From IMG/VR virus record IMGVR_UViG_3300010338_000575: a stretch of DNA of 64,000 bases. The stretch is one strand, 5' to 3'. The notes beneath the pieces were generated by a model. The model was not told the DNA's origin, made no database searches, and worked only from the letters and a program-made list of their open reading frames with translations. Made by a program: the position numbers and the translations under genes. This DNA is from a virus (taxonomy: Duplodnaviria > Caudoviricetes). This document shows positions 1 to 9,868 of this stretch, piece after piece. The first letter of the stretch is position 1; each line of letters starts with the position of its first letter.

Positions 1-117
1 GGTAGGGGATTGTATAATGAAAGTATCGGCACGTCTCTTGATATTGAAAAAAGAAATAATTTAATGAATAAAAATGATTTTAATAAGAATTGTGATTACG
101 GTGTTAGTAATTGCTAA
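1..117 (+). CDS. 3' end of a hypothetical protein (partial)
   Basis: Frame 1 open from base 1 (GRGLYNESIGTSLDIEKR...GVSNC) to TAA at 115-117. Confidence 0.6.
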   Translation, partial: GRGLYNESIGTSLDIEKRNNLMNKNDFNKNCDYGVSNC

Positions 118-131
118 TATTTAGAGTTTTA

Positions 132-1316
132 ATGGAAGGTAAATTATTTTTTAATTATTTAAAAAAATTTAGACATCTGCTTAATGAAGGTGTTGCTGAA
201 AATAGTATTATTGATGCAATTAATAATCATGAGTGGATATATTTATATTATGTTGGTGATGATAAAATCGCTAGAGGATATAGGGTTGTAAGACCATATG
301 TTCTTGGTACTGATAAAAGAACAGGTAAACGTGTTTTAAGGGCGTGGCAAGATAATCCGATGAATAGTTGGCATTTTGATAATAGACCAACACGTAAAGA
401 TAGTTTAAAACATGATTATTGGGTTGATAATGAGGGTACAAAACCCGGTTGGAGATTATTTCGTGTGGATAGAATTAGTAGAATATATCCAACTGGTAAA
501 AAATTTGTTGATAGTAATGGTTTGGTTATGATACCTGCTGGTTATCATGAGGGTGGTGATGATGATATGAGTAGTATTGATGTTTATGTGTCGACAAAGA
601 ATGAACCCAATTTTGATTATAAATATGATGTTGACTACTATAATGCTACTTCTACAACACAACCATCAGATATTGAAAGAGAGAAATGGCAAAGTATTCA
701 AAGGGGTAATAAATATAGAAAACAAATTACAAGTACTGATATATCAACATTAGTAAATCTAGCCAACAGATTTTATAAGAAAAAGAAAAGCAATTTTATT
801 GTTGTGATTGATAGTAAGAACAATTATCAATTAGTAACACAAAAACAAATAGATTTTGCAAAGAAAAAATATGGTATTGATATACCTGATTATGCCATCG
901 TTGGTAATTTATCTGATTTATATAATAAATATATTGAAAGAAATATTAAACAACAAATAAGTGAAGAATTGTTACGTGATAATCGTTTTATTGCCAAGAA
1001 AAATGTATTTGAATTTTGGGTTGGAAATGATTTGTTTTTTAAGTTAAAATATAATATTGAGTCACCAAATGAATTATTCAATGAAAAATACGTTTCAATA
1101 TACGATTTAGTGGCATTTGAATCATTTGGTTGTGAGGGTTATGCTAGTAAATTGTTGGATAATATTTTTGATTATGTAAAGAAAAATTTAGGTATTAATA
1201 TAATAACGTTAATTGTTTATAAAAATAATTATGATGCAATTAGTTTATATTTAAAAAAGGGATTTATTTTAATATCTGAATTTGATGATAATTATTCAAT
1301 GGTAAAATTTTTATAA
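132..1316 (+). CDS. WYL-like domain fused to C-terminal GNAT acetyltransferase
   Basis: IIDAINNH..IYLYY..RVVRPYVLG..LRAWQ..WRLFRVDRI (WYL); GCEGYASKLL..LIVYKNNYDAISLYLKKGF (GNAT). ATG at 132 preferred over TTG at 111. Confidence 0.7.
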   Translation: MEGKLFFNYLKKFRHLLNEGVAENSIIDAINNHEWIYLYYVGDDKIARGYRVVRPYVLGTDKRTGKRVLRAWQDNPMNSWHFDNRPTRKDSLKHDYWVDNEGTKPGWRLFRVDRISRIYPTGKKFVDSNGLVMIPAGYHEGGDDDMSSIDVYVSTKNEPNFDYKYDVDYYNATSTTQPSDIEREKWQSIQRGNKYRKQITSTDISTLVNLANRFYKKKKSNFIVVIDSKNNYQLVTQKQIDFAKKKYGIDIPDYAIVGNLSDLYNKYIERNIKQQISEELLRDNRFIAKKNVFEFWVGNDLFFKLKYNIESPNELFNEKYVSIYDLVAFESFGCEGYASKLLDNIFDYVKKNLGINIITLIVYKNNYDAISLYLKKGFILISEFDDNYSMVKFL

Positions 1317-1341
1317 CATAAAGACTTTTTTATTTTTTATC

Positions 1342-1351
1342 AGTATTTATA
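1342..1351 (+). promoter_or_regulatory. putative late promoter AGTATTTATA
   Basis: Recurrent motif, 33 nt upstream of ORF 1384. Confidence 0.6.
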
Positions 1352-1383
1352 ATAAATAATAAAATTTTATATTTTTTTATACT

Positions 1384-2046
1384 ATGAATAAATTAGATTT
1401 AAATAAATTAAAGAGTGAAATTGAAAATAAAAAACAAAAAAAGGGGGATGTGACAACACCAAATAGTGCACCTAAATTTGTTTTCCTAAATGGTTTATTA
1501 GAATCGTTAAATACTGGTCGTGAAACCCAATCAACCGTTTTGTTAAAACATGTGGATAATACTGTATCGAAAAAAAAGGGTGATGAAATTGTATATAAAA
1601 ATATTCCAGAAGTAGCACCACCACATCTGCAACAGAATAATATTAATAGACCAATTAATAATATTGATTTGAATGATAGAGATGATAAATTTTATATGGA
1701 TTTAGATAAGAAACGTCAAGAAACTCTTGCAGATTCAATTGAAAAATACGTGCAAAATAATGTTTTTAATAATGGTGGTGCTAATTTATATAATAAACAA
1801 ACATCTGACTATACAACTTCAAATGGTGTTCAATTAAGTGACAAAATGAAAGAACTGATAATTGAATTTCTTGGTGATAATTTAGTCCCAATAATTGAAG
1901 ATACAATAAAAAATGTAATTATTGAAATGTATACAATTGAAAGAATAAAAAAATCATTAAATGATAATAAAGAAATAATACAAAAAATTGTTTACGATTA
2001 TTTAAAAGAAATAAAAGCCAAATCGAAACAAAACGGGGTGAAATAA
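1384..2046 (+). CDS. hypothetical protein
   Basis: 220-aa ORF flanked by a promoter motif and a terminator. Confidence 0.8.
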   Translation: MNKLDLNKLKSEIENKKQKKGDVTTPNSAPKFVFLNGLLESLNTGRETQSTVLLKHVDNTVSKKKGDEIVYKNIPEVAPPHLQQNNINRPINNIDLNDRDDKFYMDLDKKRQETLADSIEKYVQNNVFNNGGANLYNKQTSDYTTSNGVQLSDKMKELIIEFLGDNLVPIIEDTIKNVIIEMYTIERIKKSLNDNKEIIQKIVYDYLKEIKAKSKQNGVK

Positions 2047-2060
2047 AATCACCCCGTTTT
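2030..2060 (+). terminator. intrinsic terminator hairpin
   Basis: AAAACGGGGTGA-7 nt-TCACCCCGTTTT perfect inverted repeat. Confidence 0.75.
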
Positions 2061-2070
2061 CACATAAATT

Positions 2071-2080
2071 AGTATTTATT
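2071..2080 (+). promoter_or_regulatory. putative late promoter AGTATTTATT
   Basis: Between the terminator and ORF 2114. Confidence 0.6.
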
Positions 2081-2113
2081 ATTAAAATAATAAAAATAAA
2101 TAATATTAATTTT

Positions 2114-4642
2114 ATGTCTAATTTCGATTTTAATTCATTTTTAGATAAATTTAAAAAAATATCAACTTTTATTGGTAGAATTAATTTTGCTAATGAACAT
2201 TTAGAAAAAATCGGTAGTGGTAGTGGTAGAGTTGTTTATAAAATTGATGATTATAGAGTATTTAAAATAGCAAAAAACAATAAAGGTGTTGCACAAAATG
2301 AAGTTGAAATAAGACTTAGTGATGATATATATGCTCCTGATATAATTACTAAAATATACGAATATGCAGATGATTATAGTTGGATTATTGCTGAAAGGGC
2401 AAAGAAATTATCATTGGGTAGATTTAGAGAATTGACAAATGTTAATGATTTGTATAAATTAAAAAACTATTTAGAATGTTCAATAAACCCTAATAAATGT
2501 TATTATGGTAATGTTGACGAATTGAATAAAATATTTGATGATAATGAATTTGCACAAGAATTGTTAGATTTGGTAGTAAATTTTAGTATAAGCGTTGGTG
2601 ATTTTGGTAGATTAAGTAGTTATGGCGAAGTGGTTCGAGATGGTGAATCTCTTGTTGTTATTACCGATTATGGTCTCAATGATGAGGTGTATGAAAAGCA
2701 TTATAATCCACAAAGAAAGGGGAATTTAAAACTATATGAAGTATTTCCATTTTTTGATGGTAATTACGATATATTATCAAATGTAAGTGGTGATGGTGAT
2801 ATAAGAAAATCAATGTGGGCATTATTACCATATGGTGTTGGTGATGGTATTAATGCTGTTAATGAAAATTTTGTTAATTTTGTTTTAAAAAACGATAAAT
2901 ATCCATCCAAACCAATAAAGGATATATATAAATTAGAAAATTGTTATGTTGATTGTGTATCTAATTTAAAAAATATATTAATCAATATCGCAGATATTGA
3001 TGATAGAAAAAGATTCATTACTAATTTAGTTAAATTACAGGAATATTTAAATAAACATAGTGTATTTGGTTTTGATGAAATATTAACAGAAGATATTGAT
3101 GATGATGCAATACCTAAAGTTGATAAATATAATAGTCCTTTTGTTGATTTAAATTATTGGTATAACATTGCTAATGATTTAAGCGAAATGTTGGGTTTGG
3201 GTGGTTTAAAATATATAAAAGGTGGTGGTTTTGGACATGCATATAGAGCGGGGGATAAGGTATTAAAATTGACAGTAGACCCATGTGAAATTGATTCTGG
3301 GATAAAAATTATGGGTGTTAATAATGCTGTAAAACATTTAGTCCATGTTTATAAACTCTATAAAGTTTTTAATACTGAAAAGAATTTATCGTTTTTTATA
3401 TTGGTTTTGGAATATATTGATACAACACGTAATTCAGAATTTAAACAATACTATGATGTTGGTAGTGATATTTTAAAAAAGTGGGATTTATTCGATAGTG
3501 TTTTTAATTTTATATCAAAATTAAAGAATAAAAATTATACATTAGAAATGTATAAAAATGCAATTGATCATATATTAACCGACGATGCTTTAGGCTATGA
3601 TTACGAAACGAGAAAAAATGCACATAAATTTTGGATGGAATTGTATCTAATAAAAAATGAAATAAATGAATTGAATATTAAATCAACTGATTATTTAAAT
3701 TGGGATAATCTTGGTTATAGGGGTGATGTATTGGTTTTTTTTGATTTAGGTGGTTGTCGCCCAGATGAAAATGTTGAGAACAAAATTCCTCTTATTAAAT
3801 TACCAGAAAACGTTGAATACATTAATGAAAATTTAAATTATGATGAAATTGCAAATAAAATAGCAAATAAATTAAATATTAAGGTATTTGATAGAATTGG
3901 TGCTGGTAATTTTGGTGTTGCATATGACATTGGTAATAATTTGGTTATGAAAATAACAAATGATAGTAGTGAAGCGTATGAAAATTTGAAATTAATTGGT
4001 AAGCCATTAAAATATATTGCACAACCATATAAGGTATATAATGTAAATAAAAATGACAATAGTGTTACAAAAAAATTATATGTTATTATTTTAGAAAAAT
4101 TAAAAACAAGTTCAGATATTCGACAATCCTTTGAAAGATTAACATATGTTTTTAAGAATATTTTTAATATTGATTTGCCCGATGCTGTTGAACATTTTTT
4201 AGATATTTGGAAAAACGATAAGATTGATGTGAATAAAATAAATGCATATTTTAGAAAAAATCCACATGATGCAGAATTTTTCAACGGATTATTAAATATT
4301 GGAAAAGAATTGATGAAATACGATATTGTAAGTATGGATTATTTAAAATGGGAAAATCTTGGTTATAAAAATAATAATATTGCATTTTTTGATGTTGGAT
4401 TTGGTAATTATTTTAATTCACCAGATGATGCAGAAACAATTGATATTGATGAGGATGGTAGTTCATTATATTCAACCACTAATACTATTGGTAATGATGA
4501 TTATCCCGTTTATAATCAGGATAATATTCCACCAACAATTGATAATAATATTGATGTGAATACTGCAATATATTCGGAAAATAAAAAATCATTTCTTCCA
4601 AATTCAAAAATTGTTACGATTAAAAAAAAAAGTGTAAATTAG
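2114..4642 (+). CDS. protein with three tandem protein-kinase-like domains; probably the N-terminal part of a polyprotein continuing to 7674
   Basis: GSGSGRVVY/VFKIA/ITDYG; GGGFGHAY/VLKLT/DYLNWDNLG/FFDLG; GAGNFGVAY/VMKIT/DYLKWENLG/FFDVG. Ends just after an A10 run. Confidence 0.75.
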   Translation: MSNFDFNSFLDKFKKISTFIGRINFANEHLEKIGSGSGRVVYKIDDYRVFKIAKNNKGVAQNEVEIRLSDDIYAPDIITKIYEYADDYSWIIAERAKKLSLGRFRELTNVNDLYKLKNYLECSINPNKCYYGNVDELNKIFDDNEFAQELLDLVVNFSISVGDFGRLSSYGEVVRDGESLVVITDYGLNDEVYEKHYNPQRKGNLKLYEVFPFFDGNYDILSNVSGDGDIRKSMWALLPYGVGDGINAVNENFVNFVLKNDKYPSKPIKDIYKLENCYVDCVSNLKNILINIADIDDRKRFITNLVKLQEYLNKHSVFGFDEILTEDIDDDAIPKVDKYNSPFVDLNYWYNIANDLSEMLGLGGLKYIKGGGFGHAYRAGDKVLKLTVDPCEIDSGIKIMGVNNAVKHLVHVYKLYKVFNTEKNLSFFILVLEYIDTTRNSEFKQYYDVGSDILKKWDLFDSVFNFISKLKNKNYTLEMYKNAIDHILTDDALGYDYETRKNAHKFWMELYLIKNEINELNIKSTDYLNWDNLGYRGDVLVFFDLGGCRPDENVENKIPLIKLPENVEYINENLNYDEIANKIANKLNIKVFDRIGAGNFGVAYDIGNNLVMKITNDSSEAYENLKLIGKPLKYIAQPYKVYNVNKNDNSVTKKLYVIILEKLKTSSDIRQSFERLTYVFKNIFNIDLPDAVEHFLDIWKNDKIDVNKINAYFRKNPHDAEFFNGLLNIGKELMKYDIVSMDYLKWENLGYKNNNIAFFDVGFGNYFNSPDDAETIDIDEDGSSLYSTTNTIGNDDYPVYNQDNIPPTIDNNIDVNTAIYSENKKSFLPNSKIVTIKKKSVN

Positions 4643-4920
4643 GTGGTTTAGGTAATGTAAGTGCTGCTTGTAATCAGGGTGATATTAATAATTTATCATT
4701 TTCATTTGTTAAAGAAAGTGTTGGTGATAAGTTATTTCAAAATAAATTTCAATACAAGTCTGATTTTGATGATTTTGAGAAAAAATATAGAAAAGAATTT
4801 GCAAATGATTCAGAAAATATTGTATATTCAGAAGATAATGATTTTTTTATTATAAAAAATCCCAATAATATAAATAATTTAGATTCAGATGTTCGTGCTA
4901 TTGGTGATGATGATGGTAAT

Positions 4921-7674
4921 TTGTACGTTGAATCATATCCCAAATATACACATTCTGATATGCATAATATTTTAAGGTATAAAGGAGTATTAACAAAAAG
5001 TTATGATGAGAATTGGCATAAATCATACCCTAAAAATTATATCTATTTACAAAGAATTGGTGATACCCAAATATTTGTATTAGCAGAATCGTATTTAATT
5101 TTAATATATGATGATGATAGATTTCCCGAAAATTATGATTTGCCTTCAAGAGAAGAAGTATTACCAGTATTTAAATTGTTTTTAGATAAATTAAAACAAA
5201 AAAATCCAAATATTGATTTTGTTAATGAATATATTAATTATTATGTGAATGAAAATATTAATGAAAATGATGATATGAATAATAACGGTGAAAAATACTA
5301 TCGTGCCGTTGATAAATATTTAGGCAAATATGCTAAATTTAAACCAAATGGTTATTATGAAGCAATTGATGATAACAATAATCCCATTTTCAAATATGAT
5401 TCATTTTGGGAAAGTGAAATACCCGAAATTGCTGCTAGTAAACTTATCGGTGGTGCAATTATGGGTTTATATTCAATGTATTTAGAAAATAAAAAAACAC
5501 CCAAAACGTTTTATATATATGAAATCAATGAAAAACCAGACATTGATATATCACATTGGAATATGGGTGATTTTGCGTATTTGAAAGAGGTTCGATATAG
5601 GAGACCTGTTAGTGGTCGTTATGTTGGAAAATTTATATTTGATGATGACACAATAAAAAGATTTGAAGTGTTTTATGAAATAAACAATATTGATGGTTGG
5701 GGAAGTGAGTATGATATTGATGATGAAACGATTGAATTATTTAATAAAACGAATTTTGGTGAATTGTTACGTGATTTAAAAAATAAATTAAGTGAAAATA
5801 ATAAAATTAATGAAAATGATTTAATTAAATTACACGAACTACCGTTTAAAGATGAGATTAAAAAATTAGGTGGTAAAATATATAGTGTTGGTGGTGCTGT
5901 TCGTGATGAATTTCTCGGAAAAAAATCAAAAGATTTGGATTTACTAATTACTGGAATCCCAATGAATAAATTGGAAGAAATATTATCAAAATATGGTCGT
6001 GTTGATGTTGTTGGTAAGTCTTTCGGTATTTTAAAATTTAAACCAAATGGTTTTGAAGATGATATTGATATTGCGATTCCTCGTACTGAAAGACCAACTG
6101 GTGCTGGTGGGCATAAAGGTTTTGAAGTAATATCAAATCATGAACTTCCAATTGAAAAGGATTTAGAACGTAGAGATTTTACAATTAATGCAATTGCGAA
6201 AGATATTAATGGTAATATAATTGATCCATACGGGGGTGTTGATGATTTAAAAAATAAAATAATACGTATTGTTAATCCAGATGCGTTTAGTGATGACCCA
6301 TTAAGAATGCTTCGTGCAGTACAATTTGCAAGTCGTTTTGGTTTTAATATTGAACCCAAAACATTGAAAATGATTCAGAATAATGCACATAGAATCAATG
6401 AAATATCATCTGAGAGAATATTGACAGAATTTGATAAAATTATAAAAAAGGGTGATTGTTTTACTGGTGCGTTTTTATTAAAACAAACAGGGTTATTAAA
6501 AAATATATTTGGTAAAGATGGTGGTATTTTGATTAATGATGATGTTTGGAATAATGTTAGGACGATGGGTGAATTTATTTATTTACTTTCACATAATATT
6601 GTTGATAACCCTGCTGAGTTTTATAAAAAGAAATTAAAGGGTGATATTGATACATATAAAGAAATAAGGGCACTTCAATTAGCATTTGAATATGGTGATG
6701 TAAATAATCCAATCGAATCACGTTCAATTGCACATAATATGTATGTTATAAGTCCCAAAACATTAGATAGTATGATTTTACCTAATAGTATAAAAATTGC
6801 TGCAAATGAATTATTATCAGGTAAATATCCGAAAACTATTAATGAACTTAAAATAAACGGAAATGATTTAATTTCAATGGGATTGAAGGATAAGGAAATT
6901 GGTAAAATGTTAAAACAACTATTATTAAAAATATATGCAGATAAGATAGTTAATGATAAAAAAACATTACTTGATTTTGTGAAAAATAGTACACAAAAAA
7001 TTAATGAGAATGGTGTATCATTATCGCATCTAAATTATAGTTTAAGATATCCTAATAAAGACGTATTAGTGTTTGTGCCTGTTGATAAATTATTATCACG
7101 ACACGAAATAGATGATCCAGATTACGCAATTACTAATAAAAATAATCAAATTGGCAATCGTGTTGAAAGAGCAAAAGAATTTTTACAAAATTATGTTGAT
7201 GATATTTGTTGGATTAATCCACAAACTGGTGTGCGTAATGATAAATATAATGTAATTTTTGAACCATCAATTGCATATTTTTATAATAATAAATTAAAAT
7301 TTAGTGATGGTAGGCATCGAATATTGGCTGCGAAAGAATTGGGTTATGATAAAGTTGCGCTTGAAATACCACAAGAACAATTAGATTTATTTGTTAACGA
7401 ATTGGATGCGGAAATTGTTGATAAAAAAATAAATGAGGGAAAATGGTATGTTGATGGTAAATTGGTTGATATTAATTTTTTTATAAAAAAATTTGATGAA
7501 TGGAATCAAAAAAACGGTGGTAAGTTTGAAATAACAAGAGAAGTTGTAAAAAATTTTTTAATATCAAATTTTAAAAAATTAAGCAACAATAAATGGTTAT
7601 TTAATGAATTGGTATGGGCGTTAAATGATAGAGATTTGTTAAATGAAAATCTTTCTAAACGTGATAATAATTAA
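4921..7674 (+). CDS. cca: multidomain protein: ART-like + CCA-adding tRNA nucleotidyltransferase + ParB/Srx-like domain (frame open from 4624)
   Basis: VGGAVRD..DLD, DLERRDFTINAIA, DDPLRMLRAVQFASRF (class II nucleotidyltransferase); FSDGRHRILAA (ParB-like). Confidence 0.8.
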   Translation: MYVESYPKYTHSDMHNILRYKGVLTKSYDENWHKSYPKNYIYLQRIGDTQIFVLAESYLILIYDDDRFPENYDLPSREEVLPVFKLFLDKLKQKNPNIDFVNEYINYYVNENINENDDMNNNGEKYYRAVDKYLGKYAKFKPNGYYEAIDDNNNPIFKYDSFWESEIPEIAASKLIGGAIMGLYSMYLENKKTPKTFYIYEINEKPDIDISHWNMGDFAYLKEVRYRRPVSGRYVGKFIFDDDTIKRFEVFYEINNIDGWGSEYDIDDETIELFNKTNFGELLRDLKNKLSENNKINENDLIKLHELPFKDEIKKLGGKIYSVGGAVRDEFLGKKSKDLDLLITGIPMNKLEEILSKYGRVDVVGKSFGILKFKPNGFEDDIDIAIPRTERPTGAGGHKGFEVISNHELPIEKDLERRDFTINAIAKDINGNIIDPYGGVDDLKNKIIRIVNPDAFSDDPLRMLRAVQFASRFGFNIEPKTLKMIQNNAHRINEISSERILTEFDKIIKKGDCFTGAFLLKQTGLLKNIFGKDGGILINDDVWNNVRTMGEFIYLLSHNIVDNPAEFYKKKLKGDIDTYKEIRALQLAFEYGDVNNPIESRSIAHNMYVISPKTLDSMILPNSIKIAANELLSGKYPKTINELKINGNDLISMGLKDKEIGKMLKQLLLKIYADKIVNDKKTLLDFVKNSTQKINENGVSLSHLNYSLRYPNKDVLVFVPVDKLLSRHEIDDPDYAITNKNNQIGNRVERAKEFLQNYVDDICWINPQTGVRNDKYNVIFEPSIAYFYNNKLKFSDGRHRILAAKELGYDKVALEIPQEQLDLFVNELDAEIVDKKINEGKWYVDGKLVDINFFIKKFDEWNQKNGGKFEITREVVKNFLISNFKKLSNNKWLFNELVWALNDRDLLNENLSKRDNN

Positions 7675-7728
7675 ATAATTAATATTATTAATGAAAATAA
7701 TTAGTTTTATATTCAATATAAATATAAT

Positions 7729-7890
7729 ATGAAAGAAGCAAAAAAAATTAAACCAGAAGATGTTGCAAAATATCTTGATTTGGAAATTGAATATGATAAT
7801 GCATTATTATTAGAAGAAATGTTAAAAAAAAATTATGAAATTATAATGTCAGATTATTTTGAAAATAATAACATTAACATAAAAAAATAA
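7729..7890 (+). CDS. 53-aa protein similar to the C-terminal tail of ORF 8151
   Basis: MKEAKKIKPEDVAKYLDLEIEY vs KKGKHITPMDVAKVLGVTDEY. Confidence 0.55.
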   Translation: MKEAKKIKPEDVAKYLDLEIEYDNALLLEEMLKKNYEIIMSDYFENNNINIKK

Positions 7891-7898
7891 ATTTTATT

Positions 7899-8135
7899 AT
7901 GAAAAAAAATATTAATGAAGCCTTTGTTGTTAGTAAAAGGTTTGATAAAAAAGGAAATCCAATTGCGTTTATTGATCCAACCAAACCCGAAAATAATAAC
8001 ACATTTAAATATAAAGATATTTTAAAAGATTATGGTGCTAAATGGGATGGTGAAAATAAATATTGGTTTTGGTATATTGGAAAAAATAAAGAACAATGGA
8101 ATAATGTCTATCATAAATTTATCGAACCAGCATAA
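7899..8135 (+). CDS. DUF5710-like small domain; likely the N-terminus of the 8151 protein, split by an in-frame TAA
   Basis: TFKYKDILKDYGAKWDGENKYWFW; same frame as 8151. Confidence 0.55.
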   Translation: MKKNINEAFVVSKRFDKKGNPIAFIDPTKPENNNTFKYKDILKDYGAKWDGENKYWFWYIGKNKEQWNNVYHKFIEPA

Positions 8136-8150
8136 AAAAAAATACATTCA

Positions 8151-9443
8151 ATGGAAAATGTTGGTGAGGATGATAGTAAACAATCATTGATTAAATCAAT
8201 AGAAAATGTATTAGAAGAACTTAATAATACGCCAGTTGGTAGTGATGAAAATGTTACTAATAACGATAAGTTTGATGTTAAAAATAGATTGCAAAAATTT
8301 AAAGAAATGTTAATTAATATTGATAATGATGAAGATTTTAAAAAAACAATGAGATCAATATTAGCATTTAAAAACTTATTGGGACACATATATAGTTTTC
8401 GTAATACATTGCTCATTTATATACAAAGACCAGATGCTCAAATGGTGAAAAGTGAGTTGAATTGGAATGCCGTAAATAGAGAAGTTGTTGATAAATCAAA
8501 AAGAATACTAATTATAGCACCAGCGAGAAGTGCTTTTAAAAGATACACACCTGATGAGAAAAAAAGAATTATCATTAATTTTTTAAATTCGTTGGGTAAA
8601 AAATCAGAAGATGAATTAACATTAGGTGAAAAAGAAAAATTAAGAGTATTGTTGCGTGGTAAATTGGTGAAAAATGAATTTGAATTAGCACCTGTTTATG
8701 ATATTACTGATACTAAACAAATTGAAGGTAAAGAGAATTTGGTAAAAGATGTTGATGATTTCATAAATATGAAATGGTATGTTGATGATTATAAAACGAG
8801 TGAAATAACACCATTATATAACGCTTTATTAAAATTTGCCGATGAAAATGGAATATCTATTAGTTTTGAGGAAAAAGATTCTAAAATATTAAAAGGAGCA
8901 AGGGGTGCTAGTATTGGTGGTAAGATTTATGTTTTAAAGAACGATGGTAATGATGTTGGAATTACAAAAACACTTGCACACGAAATATTTCATGAATTGC
9001 TACATCAAAAATATTTAAGTCAAAAAAATTCAAAATATGCAGCATATTTTGTCGGTAATGAGAATGGTAGGGGATTGGTTGAACAACAAGCAGAATTATC
9101 TGCATGGATGTTATTGGCATCGTTTGGTTTTGATTTAAAAACCACATCAATAAATTATGTTGCAATTTGGGGTGCTGATAAGGATGCAATGGTTCGTGTG
9201 TTTGATACAATTGCAAATGTTGTGAATTTTATGATAGATTATGTAAATGGTGTAATCACAACATTTGCATCAACAAATGTGAAATTAAGTGAGGTTGAAA
9301 ATATTGTAAAAAAAGGAAAACATATCACGCCAATGGATGTTGCAAAGGTGCTTGGAGTTACCGATGAGTATAAAGAAGTTCTGAGTGATTTAAGAAATAA
9401 AATTAATGAACATTTTTATAGATTTGTAAAAAGAAAATTATAA
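8151..9443 (+). CDS. ArdC-like ssDNA-binding domain + zincin metallopeptidase (polyvalent-protein type)
   Basis: YSFRNTLLIYIQRPDA..W..VNR..ILIIAP..PVYDITDT (ArdC-N); TLAHEIFHELLH..EQQAELSA..SINYVAIW (MPTase). Confidence 0.75.
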   Translation: MENVGEDDSKQSLIKSIENVLEELNNTPVGSDENVTNNDKFDVKNRLQKFKEMLINIDNDEDFKKTMRSILAFKNLLGHIYSFRNTLLIYIQRPDAQMVKSELNWNAVNREVVDKSKRILIIAPARSAFKRYTPDEKKRIIINFLNSLGKKSEDELTLGEKEKLRVLLRGKLVKNEFELAPVYDITDTKQIEGKENLVKDVDDFINMKWYVDDYKTSEITPLYNALLKFADENGISISFEEKDSKILKGARGASIGGKIYVLKNDGNDVGITKTLAHEIFHELLHQKYLSQKNSKYAAYFVGNENGRGLVEQQAELSAWMLLASFGFDLKTTSINYVAIWGADKDAMVRVFDTIANVVNFMIDYVNGVITTFASTNVKLSEVENIVKKGKHITPMDVAKVLGVTDEYKEVLSDLRNKINEHFYRFVKRKL

Positions 9444-9461
9444 AAATTTTGAAATTTTTTA

Positions 9462-9469
9462 TACCTTTG
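9462..9469 (+). promoter_or_regulatory. Bacteroidota sigma-A -7 element TACCTTTG
   Basis: TAnnTTTG 20 nt upstream of ORF 9489. Confidence 0.5.
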
Positions 9470-9488
9470 TAAAAAAAACATAAAAACT

Positions 9489-9866
9489 ATGAATAAAATT
9501 CGATATAGTGCAGTTGTATTGGATGAAAAATCACATAATGAAATTGTTAATCGATTTAAAACAATAATTCCAACTGGTTGGGAAATAATTGCACATCACA
9601 TGACGATTAATTTGGGTGAACTTGATGAAAAATATAAAAAGTATTTAAATAAATCAGTAAAATTAATTGCACATGATATTGGTATTGATGATATGGCGGT
9701 TGCAGTTGGAGTGTCTGGTTTTTTTAGTAAAAATAAAAAACCACATATCACATTAGCGGTTAATAGAAAAAATGGTGGTAAACCTGTAATGTCGAATTAT
9801 ATAAATGATTGGATGCCATTAACAAATCCAATCGAATTAATTGGTATTGTTAAAGAAATTGAATAA
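9489..9866 (+). CDS. 2H phosphoesterase (RNA-repair cyclic phosphodiesterase type)
   Basis: Two HxT motifs: HHMTI and PHITL. Confidence 0.75.
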   Translation: MNKIRYSAVVLDEKSHNEIVNRFKTIIPTGWEIIAHHMTINLGELDEKYKKYLNKSVKLIAHDIGIDDMAVAVGVSGFFSKNKKPHITLAVNRKNGGKPVMSNYINDWMPLTNPIELIGIVKEIE

Positions 9867-9868
9867 TT

